49,505 bases of DNA from Candidatus Daviesbacteria bacterium (GCA_016183225.1 JACPEZ010000004.1:1-49505), one strand, 5' to 3'. Shown: positions 8,599 through 17,661, counted from the stretch's first letter. Notes: generated by a model not told the origin, from the letters alone. Program-made: numbers and translations.

Positions 8599-8881
8599 AT
8601 AAAAACTCCCGTCTCAGGTGGAATCCCAACGGGAGCTTTTATGTTTCCACCTGATTCTTGGCATTAAAAAACGCCCACAACAAAACTCCTTTTTGAAAGA
8701 AATTCTATTGCGGGCGTTTGGGCTTGTTGCCTCTAAATGCCGTTTATAATCTTACAATAACATCTACTCTATGAGCTTGTCAATATGGTATTTTATTCTT
8801 GCTTGTTAGCTTCGGAGTTCATAAGTTTTATAGGACTAACTTATATCATAATACATTATCTTTATCAGTAATCTAAGAAGT

Positions 8882-9238
8882 TTATGGCTCAAGCGGATGG
8901 TAGTTAGATTTCATATCATCCGGTAAACTTTCAAAACAATCGCTACACATCAAAGTTTTCAGCAACTTCCCATCAACAGAAGATTCTACAAAATCAATGC
9001 TATCCTCATTTTTCGGGAGCCTACAAATGTTACAGAGCTTCGCAATTGGTTGCTTTTGTGGTTTAAAACGTATCCCATCAGTGTCATCAGAAGGTTGACT
9101 AAAGAGTTTTTCTCGGATTAATTGACGGATAAATTCAGCCTGGCGATAATCAAATTCTTTACAATAGAGATTTAATTTATTAAACAAACCTTTTGGTAAA
9201 ACAAAAGTAATTCTTGTCTCCTTCACAGTATTAGGCAT
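8882..9238 (-). CDS. ribbon-helix-helix (CopG/Arc-like) protein with C-terminal Cys-rich zinc-ribbon-like region
   Basis: N-terminus RITFVLPKGLFNKLNLYCKEFDYRQAEFIRQLIREKL fits a beta-alpha-alpha RHH pattern. The C-terminus has CNICRLP...CSDCFES. Confidence 0.5.
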   Translation of the reverse strand: MPNTVKETRITFVLPKGLFNKLNLYCKEFDYRQAEFIRQLIREKLFSQPSDDTDGIRFKPQKQPIAKLCNICRLPKNEDSIDFVESSVDGKLLKTLMCSDCFESLPDDMKSNYHPLEP

Positions 9239-9438
9239 AATGTTGGCATTATAACATCAATATACCAGTGATTTTATGAAAATTATCACGCTGTCAGAGT
9301 GATTTTTGGTACTGCTGCGGATCTTTCTCCTCCTTGTTAAATTTGCACTAATTTGATAAAGAACGAGTCATTTTAAAAGGGCTGAACTACTTGCCATTGG
9401 ATATGCTAATTTGGGTAACATTATGGACCTTTCTTCCA

Positions 9439-9663
9439 TTAAAAATTTATCAGATCTTTTACTTTTACCCCCAAAGAAGAAGCAATTCTCTGTAAACTTC
9501 TCAAACTTATTCGGCGCTTGCCAACTTCCAGCAAGCCAACAGTGGTTTGGCTTAAACTGCTTTTAATGGCTACTTCTTCCTGGCTTAAATCCCGCTGCCG
9601 TCTCATTCTTGCAATTCTTTTCCCCAGTGAAATATCCCTTTGAGTAAACTTTGTTTTGTTCAT
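9439..9663 (-). CDS. XRE-family helix-turn-helix transcriptional regulator (cI/Cro-like)
   Basis: LGKRIARMRRQRDLSQEEVAIKSSLSQTTVGLLEVGKRRISLRSLQRIASSLGV is a typical HTH_3 pattern. Divergent from the plus-strand cargo genes. Confidence 0.8.
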   Translation of the reverse strand: MNKTKFTQRDISLGKRIARMRRQRDLSQEEVAIKSSLSQTTVGLLEVGKRRISLRSLQRIASSLGVKVKDLINF

Positions 9664-9695
9664 GACTCAAAGCTAACAGAAAATGCAAGAAAAAC

Positions 9696-9747
9696 TTATT
9701 ACACATAGAGTAATAAATTGAAGCTCAAACCATTGACTTTTTATTAC
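9696..9747. promoter_or_regulatory. operator-like TTATTAC half-sites in the divergent XRE/cargo intergenic region, overlapping a TTGACT -35-like hexamer
   Basis: TTATTAC (9696-9702) and its inverted copy GTAATAA (9710-9716) are separated by 7 nt. A third TTATTAC lies at 9741-9747, just after TTGACT (9733-9738). Confidence 0.4.
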
Positions 9748-9767
9748 ATTTCTGATAAGTTCGAGGT

Positions 9768-10091
9768 ATGATGAATAAAATAACTAATTTTAGAATTTTT
9801 AATCAGGTTATAGTTGGAGTATTCATGCTATTTTTGGTGGGAAGTATGTATAGTCCTTTTTATTCCCCTCCATTTAGACCGATTAGATATAATCCTCCAT
9901 ATATTCAGCCACCAACAAGTATAACAAATCGTACTTTTAGATTTATGCCAATAGAGCCACTATTAAACCGCATACAAAATTCAGCTAAAATGAACTTGGT
10001 TATACCTCCTCCCGCTCCAGTTCCGCGTATTAACATATATTATGTCGGTCCGCGATATGATCCATACAGAGATCTTATTAATTATCCTTAG
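9768..10091 (+). CDS. hypothetical Pro-rich membrane-anchored protein (107 aa)
   Basis: ORF track. N-terminal hydrophobic segment and a Pro/Tyr-rich remainder. First gene of a same-strand run from 9768 to 12940. Confidence 0.45.
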   Translation: MMNKITNFRIFNQVIVGVFMLFLVGSMYSPFYSPPFRPIRYNPPYIQPPTSITNRTFRFMPIEPLLNRIQNSAKMNLVIPPPAPVPRINIYYVGPRYDPYRDLINYP

Positions 10092-10102
10092 AAAAATCCG
10101 TA

Positions 10103-10546
10103 ATGTTAAATTATGTACATGATAAAAACAGTTTTAATATATTTAATTGGTTGACGACGAAGCGACCTTTTGAAGGCAGAATTAAAAGAAGAAATTTTGT
10201 CCTTCTCTATCTACCATTTACTATATTAGTTATCTTTTTACAAACACTTGCACAACCAGAAATAGCGCAGAATTTATCGGACCAAATTGCTATAATTTTA
10301 CTCATAGTGCTCATAGCCACAGTAGGTTTTGGATTACTGTACATGTTGCCACTATTGGTTAGAAGACTACATGACTTAAATCATTCTGGATGGGCACTTT
10401 TATTGATGTTCGTACCTTTTATAAATTTAGGTCTTATACTGATCTTGTTATTTGTTAGAGGAACAGAGGGAGAAAATAAATATGGTAAGGAACCACCAGA
10501 TAATAGGAGCCCGCTAGACGATCTATTTAATAGGAGGGGCGGGTAA
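10103..10546 (+). CDS. DUF805-family inner membrane protein
   Basis: FEGRIKRRNF near the N-terminus and VRRLHDLNHSGW...LFVRGTEGENKYG are the hallmark DUF805 motifs. Confidence 0.75.
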   Translation: MLNYVHDKNSFNIFNWLTTKRPFEGRIKRRNFVLLYLPFTILVIFLQTLAQPEIAQNLSDQIAIILLIVLIATVGFGLLYMLPLLVRRLHDLNHSGWALLLMFVPFINLGLILILLFVRGTEGENKYGKEPPDNRSPLDDLFNRRGG

Positions 10547-11083
10547 ATGCCCCAAAATGCCAAAATTATCATTTTTACAACATTTTTATCAATCCTCATA
10601 GTTATTTTAGTCACAAGAATTATCAATAAGCAATTTCAAAATGGTGAAGTTGAAGTTACTAGTGAATTAAGTAGTCCATTTTTTGAAGAAGTAAATTTTC
10701 CACAGAATGAAGCAAGATGGGATAAAGTAGAAAAAGAAAATGAGAGTCTTAGAAAAGTATGCGAGGAAAACGGTGCAGTATGGACACAGGGTTATGGGAG
10801 TTTTGAAGGGAAGTGTACTAAAAAGCAAATTGTAGATAAGTGTGAGAAAAGTGGTGGAGTATGGATGCAGGGCCCCTTTGGTGAAGGACCTTTCTGTAAT
10901 AAAAAATACTCAGATGGTGGGAAAAGTTGTACAGACTCAAGTCAATGTTTATCAAAACAGTGTATTATTCGAAAGGAAGAAAGAATGAGTCGCGAAGGAA
11001 AATGTGCTGATTGGCAAGTAAATTATGGCTGTTATGGATTATTAAAAAGAGGTAGAATAACCAATGATGCCTGTAGAGATTAA
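10547..11083 (+). CDS. hypothetical Cys-rich secreted/anchored protein (178 aa)
   Basis: N-terminal TM/signal segment, then many Cys residues with repeated CxxxGGVW-like units. Its start abuts the upstream stop (TAAATG). Confidence 0.5.
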   Translation: MPQNAKIIIFTTFLSILIVILVTRIINKQFQNGEVEVTSELSSPFFEEVNFPQNEARWDKVEKENESLRKVCEENGAVWTQGYGSFEGKCTKKQIVDKCEKSGGVWMQGPFGEGPFCNKKYSDGGKSCTDSSQCLSKQCIIRKEERMSREGKCADWQVNYGCYGLLKRGRITNDACRD

Positions 11084-11179
11084 GTATTCTGTATAATTAA
11101 GTATGAATGGGGGTGAGTTATTATAGACGACCAAACACCAAATTCTGAACCGAAGCAAAGCAATACTGGGAAATGGATA

Positions 11180-11455
11180 GTGGCAATTATTGCAGCAGCA
11201 GTTATTGGAGGTGGTGCAGTAGCACTTATTAATAATGCTAATAAAACATCAACTCAAGTGCCTACTCCATCTCCAACTGTTCAAAGTAGCCCTACTCCGA
11301 GATCACCAAAACCGACTGTTTCGGGAGGAGATAAGGACTGTACAGATTTTGCAACTCACGCGGAGGCTCAAGCATTCTTTGAAGCTGCTGGCCCTGGTGA
11401 TCCGCATAGGCTAGATAGAGACGGGGATGGCATTGCTTGTGAGACTTTGCCATAA
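11180..11455 (+). CDS. membrane-anchored Excalibur calcium-binding domain protein
   Basis: C-terminus CTDFATHAEAQAFFEAAGPGDPHRLDRDGDGIACE matches the Excalibur DxDxDGxxCE motif. GTG start. Confidence 0.7.
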   Translation: MAIIAAAVIGGGAVALINNANKTSTQVPTPSPTVQSSPTPRSPKPTVSGGDKDCTDFATHAEAQAFFEAAGPGDPHRLDRDGDGIACETLP

Positions 11456-11492
11456 ATTTATCCACATGCCCTAGGATATAAGGAGTGGACTG

Positions 11493-11885
11493 ATGAATAA
11501 AATGAACCAAAAAGGTATAGTAGTGTTATTGATTGTATTGGGCTTACTTCTGATCTTTGGTAGCTTCTATTGGTTCGAGCTAAGACCCACCAAGATTAGA
11601 CAAGAGTGTTCCTGGGTAAAGCATACTGATGAGGCTATTCCTGCTAAGCCAGCCATGAGCGAAGAAGAATTAAGGGTGAAAGGTATCATTAAGGATGATT
11701 GTAAGGGATCAGGGTACGTTAGCATATTCAGCGAATCTTTTGAGGAAATATGCGAACGCAATAATAAACAAACAATTGAGGAGTATAAAACAGACAGACC
11801 TGCTGTTCCGGCAAAGGACTGGTATTCTAAGGCTTCGGAAAAGCAATATGATTTCTGTATAAAAGAGAAGGGATTAGTCCGCTAG
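11493..11885 (+). CDS. hypothetical membrane-anchored protein (130 aa)
   Basis: ORF track; N-terminal TM segment; no recognisable domain. Confidence 0.45.
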   Translation: MNKMNQKGIVVLLIVLGLLLIFGSFYWFELRPTKIRQECSWVKHTDEAIPAKPAMSEEELRVKGIIKDDCKGSGYVSIFSESFEEICERNNKQTIEEYKTDRPAVPAKDWYSKASEKQYDFCIKEKGLVR

Positions 11886-11950
11886 TGAAGCAAGTGAAAA
11901 TAAGAACTTTGAGGTTCTCAGAATTTTTAATATAATAACTGTAGATAGAT

Positions 11951-12940
11951 ATGGAAAAATTTAAAAAAATATTAAGATGGGTTCTTGGTATTTTAAGTAC
12001 GGTAGGCGCATTGGTTTATATCTCAACTAGCATTCCTACTTTTATTGTTTGGCTTCTACTTGCAGCTTTACTGATCCCTCCTGGCGAGAGATTAATTATG
12101 AGTAGATTTCCGATAAAACTGCCAACTATTGCTAAAGTTATTGCAGGTATAGCCTTATTTTTAATAGCGGTAATGATTGCTCCTAAAAGCCAGACCGCAG
12201 AACAGATACAGAAGGTTGAACCAAAGTCTCAAGGGCAAGTTAATGTTGCAGCTACTTCATCCCCTACATCAATACCGCAATCCGATCTTTACACTGTTTC
12301 CTCCGTAATTGATGGAGACACTATTCAGGTTGTTATTGATAGTAAAAAAGAAACTATTCGCTTGATTGGTATTGATTCACCCGAAACAGTAGACCCCAGA
12401 AAGCCTGTTCAGTGTTTTGGTAAAGAAGCATCAGCAAAGCTAAAATCATTGATTTCAGGTAAATCAGTCAGACTTGAGGCAGATCAAAGCCAGGATAATA
12501 GGGATAAATACCAAAGGTTCCTTAGATATGTATTTTTAGAAGATGGAACTAATGTTAATAAACTGATGGTTAGTGAAGGATTTGCATACGAATATACCTA
12601 CAATACACCTTACAAATATCAATCTGAATTCAAACAGGCACAAAAAGAAGCAGAAGAGAATAAAAGAGGTCTGTGGGCCGATAATGCCTGCCCTACTAGC
12701 TCCCCACAGCCATCAATACAAACTAGCGGAACAAGTTCCACTACAACTGGTGGTTCCTCGGATACTACAGGGACTTCGGGTGGATCTTTCGATAGTAGTG
12801 GTAAATTCACTTGTGCAGGCAAGACTAAATGTGGTCAGATGGTATCTTGTGAGGAAGCCTACTTCTACCTTAATAGTTGTGGTGTAGCACGCCTAGACGG
12901 AGATAAAGATGGAGTACCGTGCGAAAGTCTGTGTAATTAA
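11951..12940 (+). CDS. membrane-anchored thermonuclease (SNase/micrococcal nuclease family) with C-terminal Excalibur domain
   Basis: VIDGDTIQV...IRLIGIDSPE...QCFGKEA...RFLRYVF...NKLMVSEGFAYEY...KRGLWA is the SNase pattern. A Ser/Thr/Gly linker follows, then LDGDKDGVPCE (Excalibur). Confidence 0.8.
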   Translation: MEKFKKILRWVLGILSTVGALVYISTSIPTFIVWLLLAALLIPPGERLIMSRFPIKLPTIAKVIAGIALFLIAVMIAPKSQTAEQIQKVEPKSQGQVNVAATSSPTSIPQSDLYTVSSVIDGDTIQVVIDSKKETIRLIGIDSPETVDPRKPVQCFGKEASAKLKSLISGKSVRLEADQSQDNRDKYQRFLRYVFLEDGTNVNKLMVSEGFAYEYTYNTPYKYQSEFKQAQKEAEENKRGLWADNACPTSSPQPSIQTSGTSSTTTGGSSDTTGTSGGSFDSSGKFTCAGKTKCGQMVSCEEAYFYLNSCGVARLDGDKDGVPCESLCN

Positions 12941-12980
12941 TCGATAAATATATTGATATTTATGTAAATAAAGTTAGAGC

Positions 12981-13397
12981 CTAATCTTCTCCGACCGTTA
13001 ATTTTCTAAGCATATCTTCAATCTCTTTTACAACTTTATCTGCAAACTCATCTAAATGTGCGTAGTCCTTTAAAATTACCCTTTTAACACCCCTTTTTCG
13101 GGCTTCTTCATTCCACTTTGGTACTGATGATATGGAAATGATTTTATCAACTCCAAACCTTTCAAGTTCAAGTATATGAAAGGTTCTACCCAACTTATCG
13201 TCATAATCAATGAGTACAATATCAAAGTGCGCTCTGGGGTTATTGTTTATATAGTCCTGAACCTGCTGACCATTAGTTAAAACAATTACGCTAAGCTCAT
13301 CAGGCTGATCTCCTTCAAGTTTATATAATCGCTCTAAGATTTTTGAAAGGGTTAGTAGGTGATCCTCTAAAATCAGGATCGTTTTATTGAAGTACAT
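12981..13397 (-). CDS. stand-alone receiver (CheY-like REC) domain protein
   Basis: ILILEDH, FDIVLIDYD (phospho-acceptor Asp position) and ISISS fit the receiver-fold spacing. No output domain. Confidence 0.55.
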   Translation of the reverse strand: MYFNKTILILEDHLLTLSKILERLYKLEGDQPDELSVIVLTNGQQVQDYINNNPRAHFDIVLIDYDDKLGRTFHILELERFGVDKIISISSVPKWNEEARKRGVKRVILKDYAHLDEFADKVVKEIEDMLRKLTVGED

Positions 13398-13544
13398 AAT
13401 GTTTAATCATTATAGTACAGCAGATTTTAGATAAGGCATGCACTACTTTCTTTTGCCCTCTTTTGTAAGAAAATGCAACTGCATGCATAAAGCACTTGCG
13501 TTTATCATTATAATCTCCACATAATTGGAGTAAAATACAAAAAT

Positions 13545-14987
13545 ATGGAGTGGATAGCGCTTTTCCTAATTACAATCTGGATAGGTTCCGCAATTAAAGA
13601 TCATATTGATAAGAAGCCACAGAGAGGGAATTATAATGGAGGTTATTATCCCACACCAAGAACTATGAGTACACCTAAAGCTAAATTAAATATAAAGCAG
13701 GTTGATATATCTGACATAAAGCTTAGTCCGGAACAACAAATGTTATTTGACAAGCTAGAAAATACAACCAGCAATATGTTTATAACTGGTAAAGCTGGAA
13801 CTGGTAAATCTGTTTTACTGCAATATTTCAAACAAAACTCTTCCAAACGTTTAGTTGTTGTAGCACCCACAGGGGTTGCAGCTTTAAATGTGGGGGGTCA
13901 AACCATACATTCACTTTTTAGGATTCCTCCTGCATTTATCACAAATGATAAATTAAGATTAACTCCTAAAACTGCCTTACTGCTTAGAAATTTAGATGCA
14001 GTTGTTATTGATGAAATTTCAATGGTCCGTGTTGATCTGATGAATGCTATAGATTACTTGCTTAAGCAAGCCCGTGGCAGTAATTTGCCATTTGGAGGAG
14101 TTCAAATGGTTATGTTTGGAGATCTTTATCAATTACCACCTGTTGTGAATGATTCTGAGCTCCATAAGTACTTTGCAGATAATCATGGTGGATTTCGTTT
14201 TTTTCATGCTCACGCTTGGGGAAATACACCGCTTGAAATATATGAGTTGTCTAAAATTTTCAGACAAAAGGATGAAATATTCAGAGGCATTCTAAACAGT
14301 ATCCGTGCTGGAAGTGTGACTGACCAATTTTTATCTCAGCTTAATGCTCGTGTTACTGTTGAAGTACCCGAAGAAGGCATAATTACTTTGGTCACAACTA
14401 ACGCTTTAGCCAGTGAAATAAATAATCGGAAACTTGGGCAGCTTGAAGGAGAGTTAAAAGAATATCGAGCAACTATCTATGGAGAATTGGAACAATCAGC
14501 TTTCCCAACCGATGAAATTTTACGTTTAAAAAAGGGTGCTCAAGTAATGCTCATCAAAAATGACAGGGAGAAAAAATGGGTTAATGGTTCCATAGGTTAT
14601 GTTCACTCATTATCTGCTACTGAGGTGAAAGTAGACATTGACGGAATTGTTTATTCTGTACCCAGGGAAACTTGGAGCAAAATACGTTATTACTATAACC
14701 AGGAAAAGAAAAAAGTTGAAGAAGAAGTTGTAAGTTCTTTTACCCAATTTCCTCTGAAATTAGCATGGGCTTTAACTATCCATAAAGCCCAGGGTCAAAC
14801 CTATGGTTCTGTTGCAGTGGATATGGGGGATGGGGCTTTTGCCCATGGTCAAACATATGTAGCCTTAAGCAGATGTAAAAGCCTTGAAGGACTATATCTC
14901 AAAAGAGAAATCCTAAGGGAGGATATTATGGTTGATCCTGCTGTGATTAGTTTCATGAATAAAGCACAAATTTTGGATATAAACTAA
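13545..14987 (+). CDS. PIF1/RecD-family SF1B DNA helicase
   Basis: FITGKAGTGKS (Walker A), VVIDEISMV (Walker B), FGDLYQLPPV, TIHKAQGQTY, YVALSRCKS. The N-terminal 20 aa are hydrophobic, so the true start may be the internal MSTPKAK. Confidence 0.85.
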   Translation: MEWIALFLITIWIGSAIKDHIDKKPQRGNYNGGYYPTPRTMSTPKAKLNIKQVDISDIKLSPEQQMLFDKLENTTSNMFITGKAGTGKSVLLQYFKQNSSKRLVVVAPTGVAALNVGGQTIHSLFRIPPAFITNDKLRLTPKTALLLRNLDAVVIDEISMVRVDLMNAIDYLLKQARGSNLPFGGVQMVMFGDLYQLPPVVNDSELHKYFADNHGGFRFFHAHAWGNTPLEIYELSKIFRQKDEIFRGILNSIRAGSVTDQFLSQLNARVTVEVPEEGIITLVTTNALASEINNRKLGQLEGELKEYRATIYGELEQSAFPTDEILRLKKGAQVMLIKNDREKKWVNGSIGYVHSLSATEVKVDIDGIVYSVPRETWSKIRYYYNQEKKKVEEEVVSSFTQFPLKLAWALTIHKAQGQTYGSVAVDMGDGAFAHGQTYVALSRCKSLEGLYLKREILREDIMVDPAVISFMNKAQILDIN

Positions 14988-15004
14988 TTTTGGATTATCT
15001 TTAA

Positions 15005-15241
15005 TTATTTCCCCTCCTGTTTATGTTTCAGTATAAGTTCAAATGCTGTAACCAGTCTTGTACCCTGATCTTGCGCTTCTTCATCTGTTAATTGTCTACC
15101 ATAAACTTCAAGTGTGATTTTTTTAAATTCCTGAACCTCTTCATTCGCTTTTAATTCTCCTCCATTAGACTTGCATATATAATTGAGCATTATAAAATGT
15201 CTTTTCTCAAAATAATGCTCGGAAAAAATAGCCTCCTGCAA
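15005..15241 (-). CDS. hypothetical protein (78 aa)
   Basis: ORF track only. Its 5' end overlaps the start-less upstream extension of the DUF4145 reading frame on the other strand. Confidence 0.3.
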   Translation of the reverse strand: MQEAIFSEHYFEKRHFIMLNYICKSNGGELKANEEVQEFKKITLEVYGRQLTDEEAQDQGTRLVTAFELILKHKQEGK

Positions 15242-15452
15242 ATGTAAAAATTCAATATTTGCAGGTTGCGGGAGGGCTGGCTTAGCAGGGATACATGGTG
15301 AAGGTAGTGTTGAAAATGGTGATTTAGTAGAATTTTTTCCTCATTCAGTAGTACAGCTTCCATTACCAGAAGGAATACCCGCTGGTATTGAAAATGAATT
15401 TAGGGAAGCAGAAAAAGATGCTTCTATAGAAAGTTTTAGGTCTGGTTCAGCT

Positions 15453-15842
15453 ATGTTAAGGTCTGCACTCGAAAAAACCCTTAAAGCTCATGGTTACACT
15501 ACTGGTAATTTAGAATCCAAAGTTGATAAAGCAGCAGATGACGGGGTAATTACTTTACCATTAAAGAGAAGAGCCCATGAAAATGTAAGAGTTTTAGGTA
15601 ATAATATTTTGCATGATGAGTGGAGAGCAGTTGATGAAGAAGAATTTGAAGCAGCCCATGAGTACACACGGAGAGTTTTAGAATGTTTTTATGATGACCC
15701 AGAAACTGTAAAAGCAATTCTTATAGAAAAGGGTAATACTGTAGAAACGGAGAATGAAGAAGAACCTAAAAAAGAAGAGGTAGAAACGACACCATTGGAT
15801 GATTCACAAGAGCTAGGGAAAATACCCAGTGTAAATTCCTAA
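15453..15842 (+). CDS. DUF4145-domain protein; canonical start only at 15453, possibly 5'-truncated
   Basis: AMLRSALEKTLKAHG...LGNNILHDEW fits DUF4145. The frame is open upstream to 15216 and encodes the expected N-terminal part (PEGIPAGIENEFREAEK), but that stretch has no ATG, GTG or TTG. Confidence 0.6.
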   Translation: MLRSALEKTLKAHGYTTGNLESKVDKAADDGVITLPLKRRAHENVRVLGNNILHDEWRAVDEEEFEAAHEYTRRVLECFYDDPETVKAILIEKGNTVETENEEEPKKEEVETTPLDDSQELGKIPSVNS

Positions 15843-16057
15843 AAATTCCTAAAAATTTTTTTGAGACTTAAAAATTCCCGTAGTACCTATTTTCAAAACG
15901 GGGGTTACCTCATTCATATAACAAAATAAAACCGTCCCTCTTTAGGCCTTCTTTGAAAAAATTGGATTGTATCCTGCTGTAAATTCTTGATTGCTGACCA
16001 ATTGAAGGTGTACATTTTTTTCTACTTCCTGTAATTATACTTATGGGAAGTTCAAGG

Positions 16058-16690
16058 CTATTTTATCTGCTCTTTTTTCTCCTTTTCTTCCTTCTCCTTC
16101 TGCCTTATTTCGTCCAATCTTATTAAGTTCTTTTCACCCCAATAATAAAATTTCCACTCATCAAGACCTAATTTAGCCTTAGTTTTTTCATCGGGTTTTT
16201 TCATAGTTTCCTCTCTCTTAAAGTAATCTGGTGGGATTTCTTGCCAATCTTTTCCTAATAACAATTTTAATTTCTTTTCAATCTCCTTCTTTATTATTGA
16301 GGGTTCTTTCATTCTTTCTCCAGTTTTATCATATGCATCATCACTCCAATCAACATCAAGCATAACTCTTGCAAATTTAAGATCACCAAGAGCCTCAACG
16401 TATCTTTGCCAATCTCTTGCTATTTCCAAGACCTTTTCGGGATTATGAATAAATCTTTGTTTTAATCGAAAATAATTAATTTCCATAGCGTCAAAGGCGT
16501 TTTGGGTATCTATAAAATGGGGGGAATCGAAGTGTACAAGCTCAAATATACTGTTTTTTAAGAACTGAACGCTACCTTCAATACCCTCAACATTACTTGG
16601 TTGTACCAATATCCCTTTCCCAGAATTCCTGCTATAAATCCAATACGCAACTATCGCACCTATGATTAATAGCCAAACTGGTAGATACAT
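16058..16690 (-). CDS. hypothetical membrane-anchored protein with Lys/Glu-rich C-terminus (210 aa)
   Basis: ORF track. N-terminal TM segment. Starts 3 nt after the stop of integrase 2, so it is probably co-transcribed. Confidence 0.5.
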   Translation of the reverse strand: MYLPVWLLIIGAIVAYWIYSRNSGKGILVQPSNVEGIEGSVQFLKNSIFELVHFDSPHFIDTQNAFDAMEINYFRLKQRFIHNPEKVLEIARDWQRYVEALGDLKFARVMLDVDWSDDAYDKTGERMKEPSIIKKEIEKKLKLLLGKDWQEIPPDYFKREETMKKPDEKTKAKLGLDEWKFYYWGEKNLIRLDEIRQKEKEEKEKKEQIK

Positions 16691-16692
16691 AA

Positions 16693-17661
16693 TTAAAAAC
16701 CTACCCCCTTAAAGGCGCTATAATATCTTGGTAAATCAGCCTGCTTTTTGATACTGTCATTATACACCTGCAACATTTCAAGTCCTTTATGCCTGGTATA
16801 TTGAGCCACTTCTAAAAGATCACCTTTATAAGTTCTGATTAAGGTAGTGGTGAAATAGTGTCTGAAGCCATGCGTGCTTTTATCAATACCAAGTTTCCTA
16901 AGGGTACGGGTGACTATTTGTCTAATAGCTCTGGTTGTAAGTCTTTGGTTTAAGTGATTGTTAGACTGACAAGTAAATAGAGGGCCGCTGGACTTTTTAT
17001 TGGCTTTTAGATAATCCCTTAGTGCTTTGATAGTTTCCGGGTGCAGGTCTATTAATTCTTTATCATCCCGGCCCTTACCCTGGACAAAAGCTGTTTTAGA
17101 TACAAGGTCAATTTCTTTAACCTCTAGCCTGACAATCTCAATCTGGCGTAGTCCCTGGAGTGCTAGAAGGCTGAAAATAGCCTTTAAACGGGCGTTTTGA
17201 GGTGTAACAGGTAATTGCTTCAACTGCTCAACTAATTTGTTAATCTCCTCTTGATTAAGTCCGTCCCTTTTATGCTTTTTATCCTGGCTAAATACCTTAA
17301 TATTTTGGGTAATGTCGCTGGGGATGACGCCTTGTCTACTTAATTCTTTGAGGAATATCTTAGCTGTGGCCAGATATTTATTTTTAGTACTAACACTTAG
17401 GTCCGTTCTATTTACTAAGTATCTTTTAAACTCTAAATAGCTGTTGATCCCAATCCCATTTTTTCTAACAAATTCCAGGAATAATCCAATTCTATATTTA
17501 TAGTCTTGTCTGGTGTTTTCTGAAATATCAAGTAAATCAAAAACCCTTTTTGCCCTATCCTGAATACCATCGGCTGATAGGATTTGTGGTTGTGCCGGTA
17601 TTATCAGACGGTTATTTGTATTTATCATGGTGCTTTTATTTGACTTTCGTATTATCAACAA
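16693..17661 (-). CDS. tyrosine recombinase (XerC/XerD-like; island integrase 2)
   Basis: GLRQIEIVRLEV (Arg I region) and HGFRHYFTTTL...TRHKGLEMLQVYND (H-x-x-R, H, Y). The alternative start MINTNNR at 17628 would avoid overlap with the RHH gene. Confidence 0.8.
   Translation of the reverse strand: MLIIRKSNKSTMINTNNRLIIPAQPQILSADGIQDRAKRVFDLLDISENTRQDYKYRIGLFLEFVRKNGIGINSYLEFKRYLVNRTDLSVSTKNKYLATAKIFLKELSRQGVIPSDITQNIKVFSQDKKHKRDGLNQEEINKLVEQLKQLPVTPQNARLKAIFSLLALQGLRQIEIVRLEVKEIDLVSKTAFVQGKGRDDKELIDLHPETIKALRDYLKANKKSSGPLFTCQSNNHLNQRLTTRAIRQIVTRTLRKLGIDKSTHGFRHYFTTTLIRTYKGDLLEVAQYTRHKGLEMLQVYNDSIKKQADLPRYYSAFKGVGF

Noticed and set aside
12573-12887. 104-aa alternative-frame ORF, and minus-strand ORF 12619..12822
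   Set aside because: Both lie within the nuclease gene's linker and Excalibur region, which has a well-supported frame.
13434-13485. Two GCATGC palindromes about 45 nt apart in the REC/PIF1 divergent intergenic region
   Set aside because: These are 6-bp self-complementary hexamers that can occur by chance, and there is no extended symmetry.
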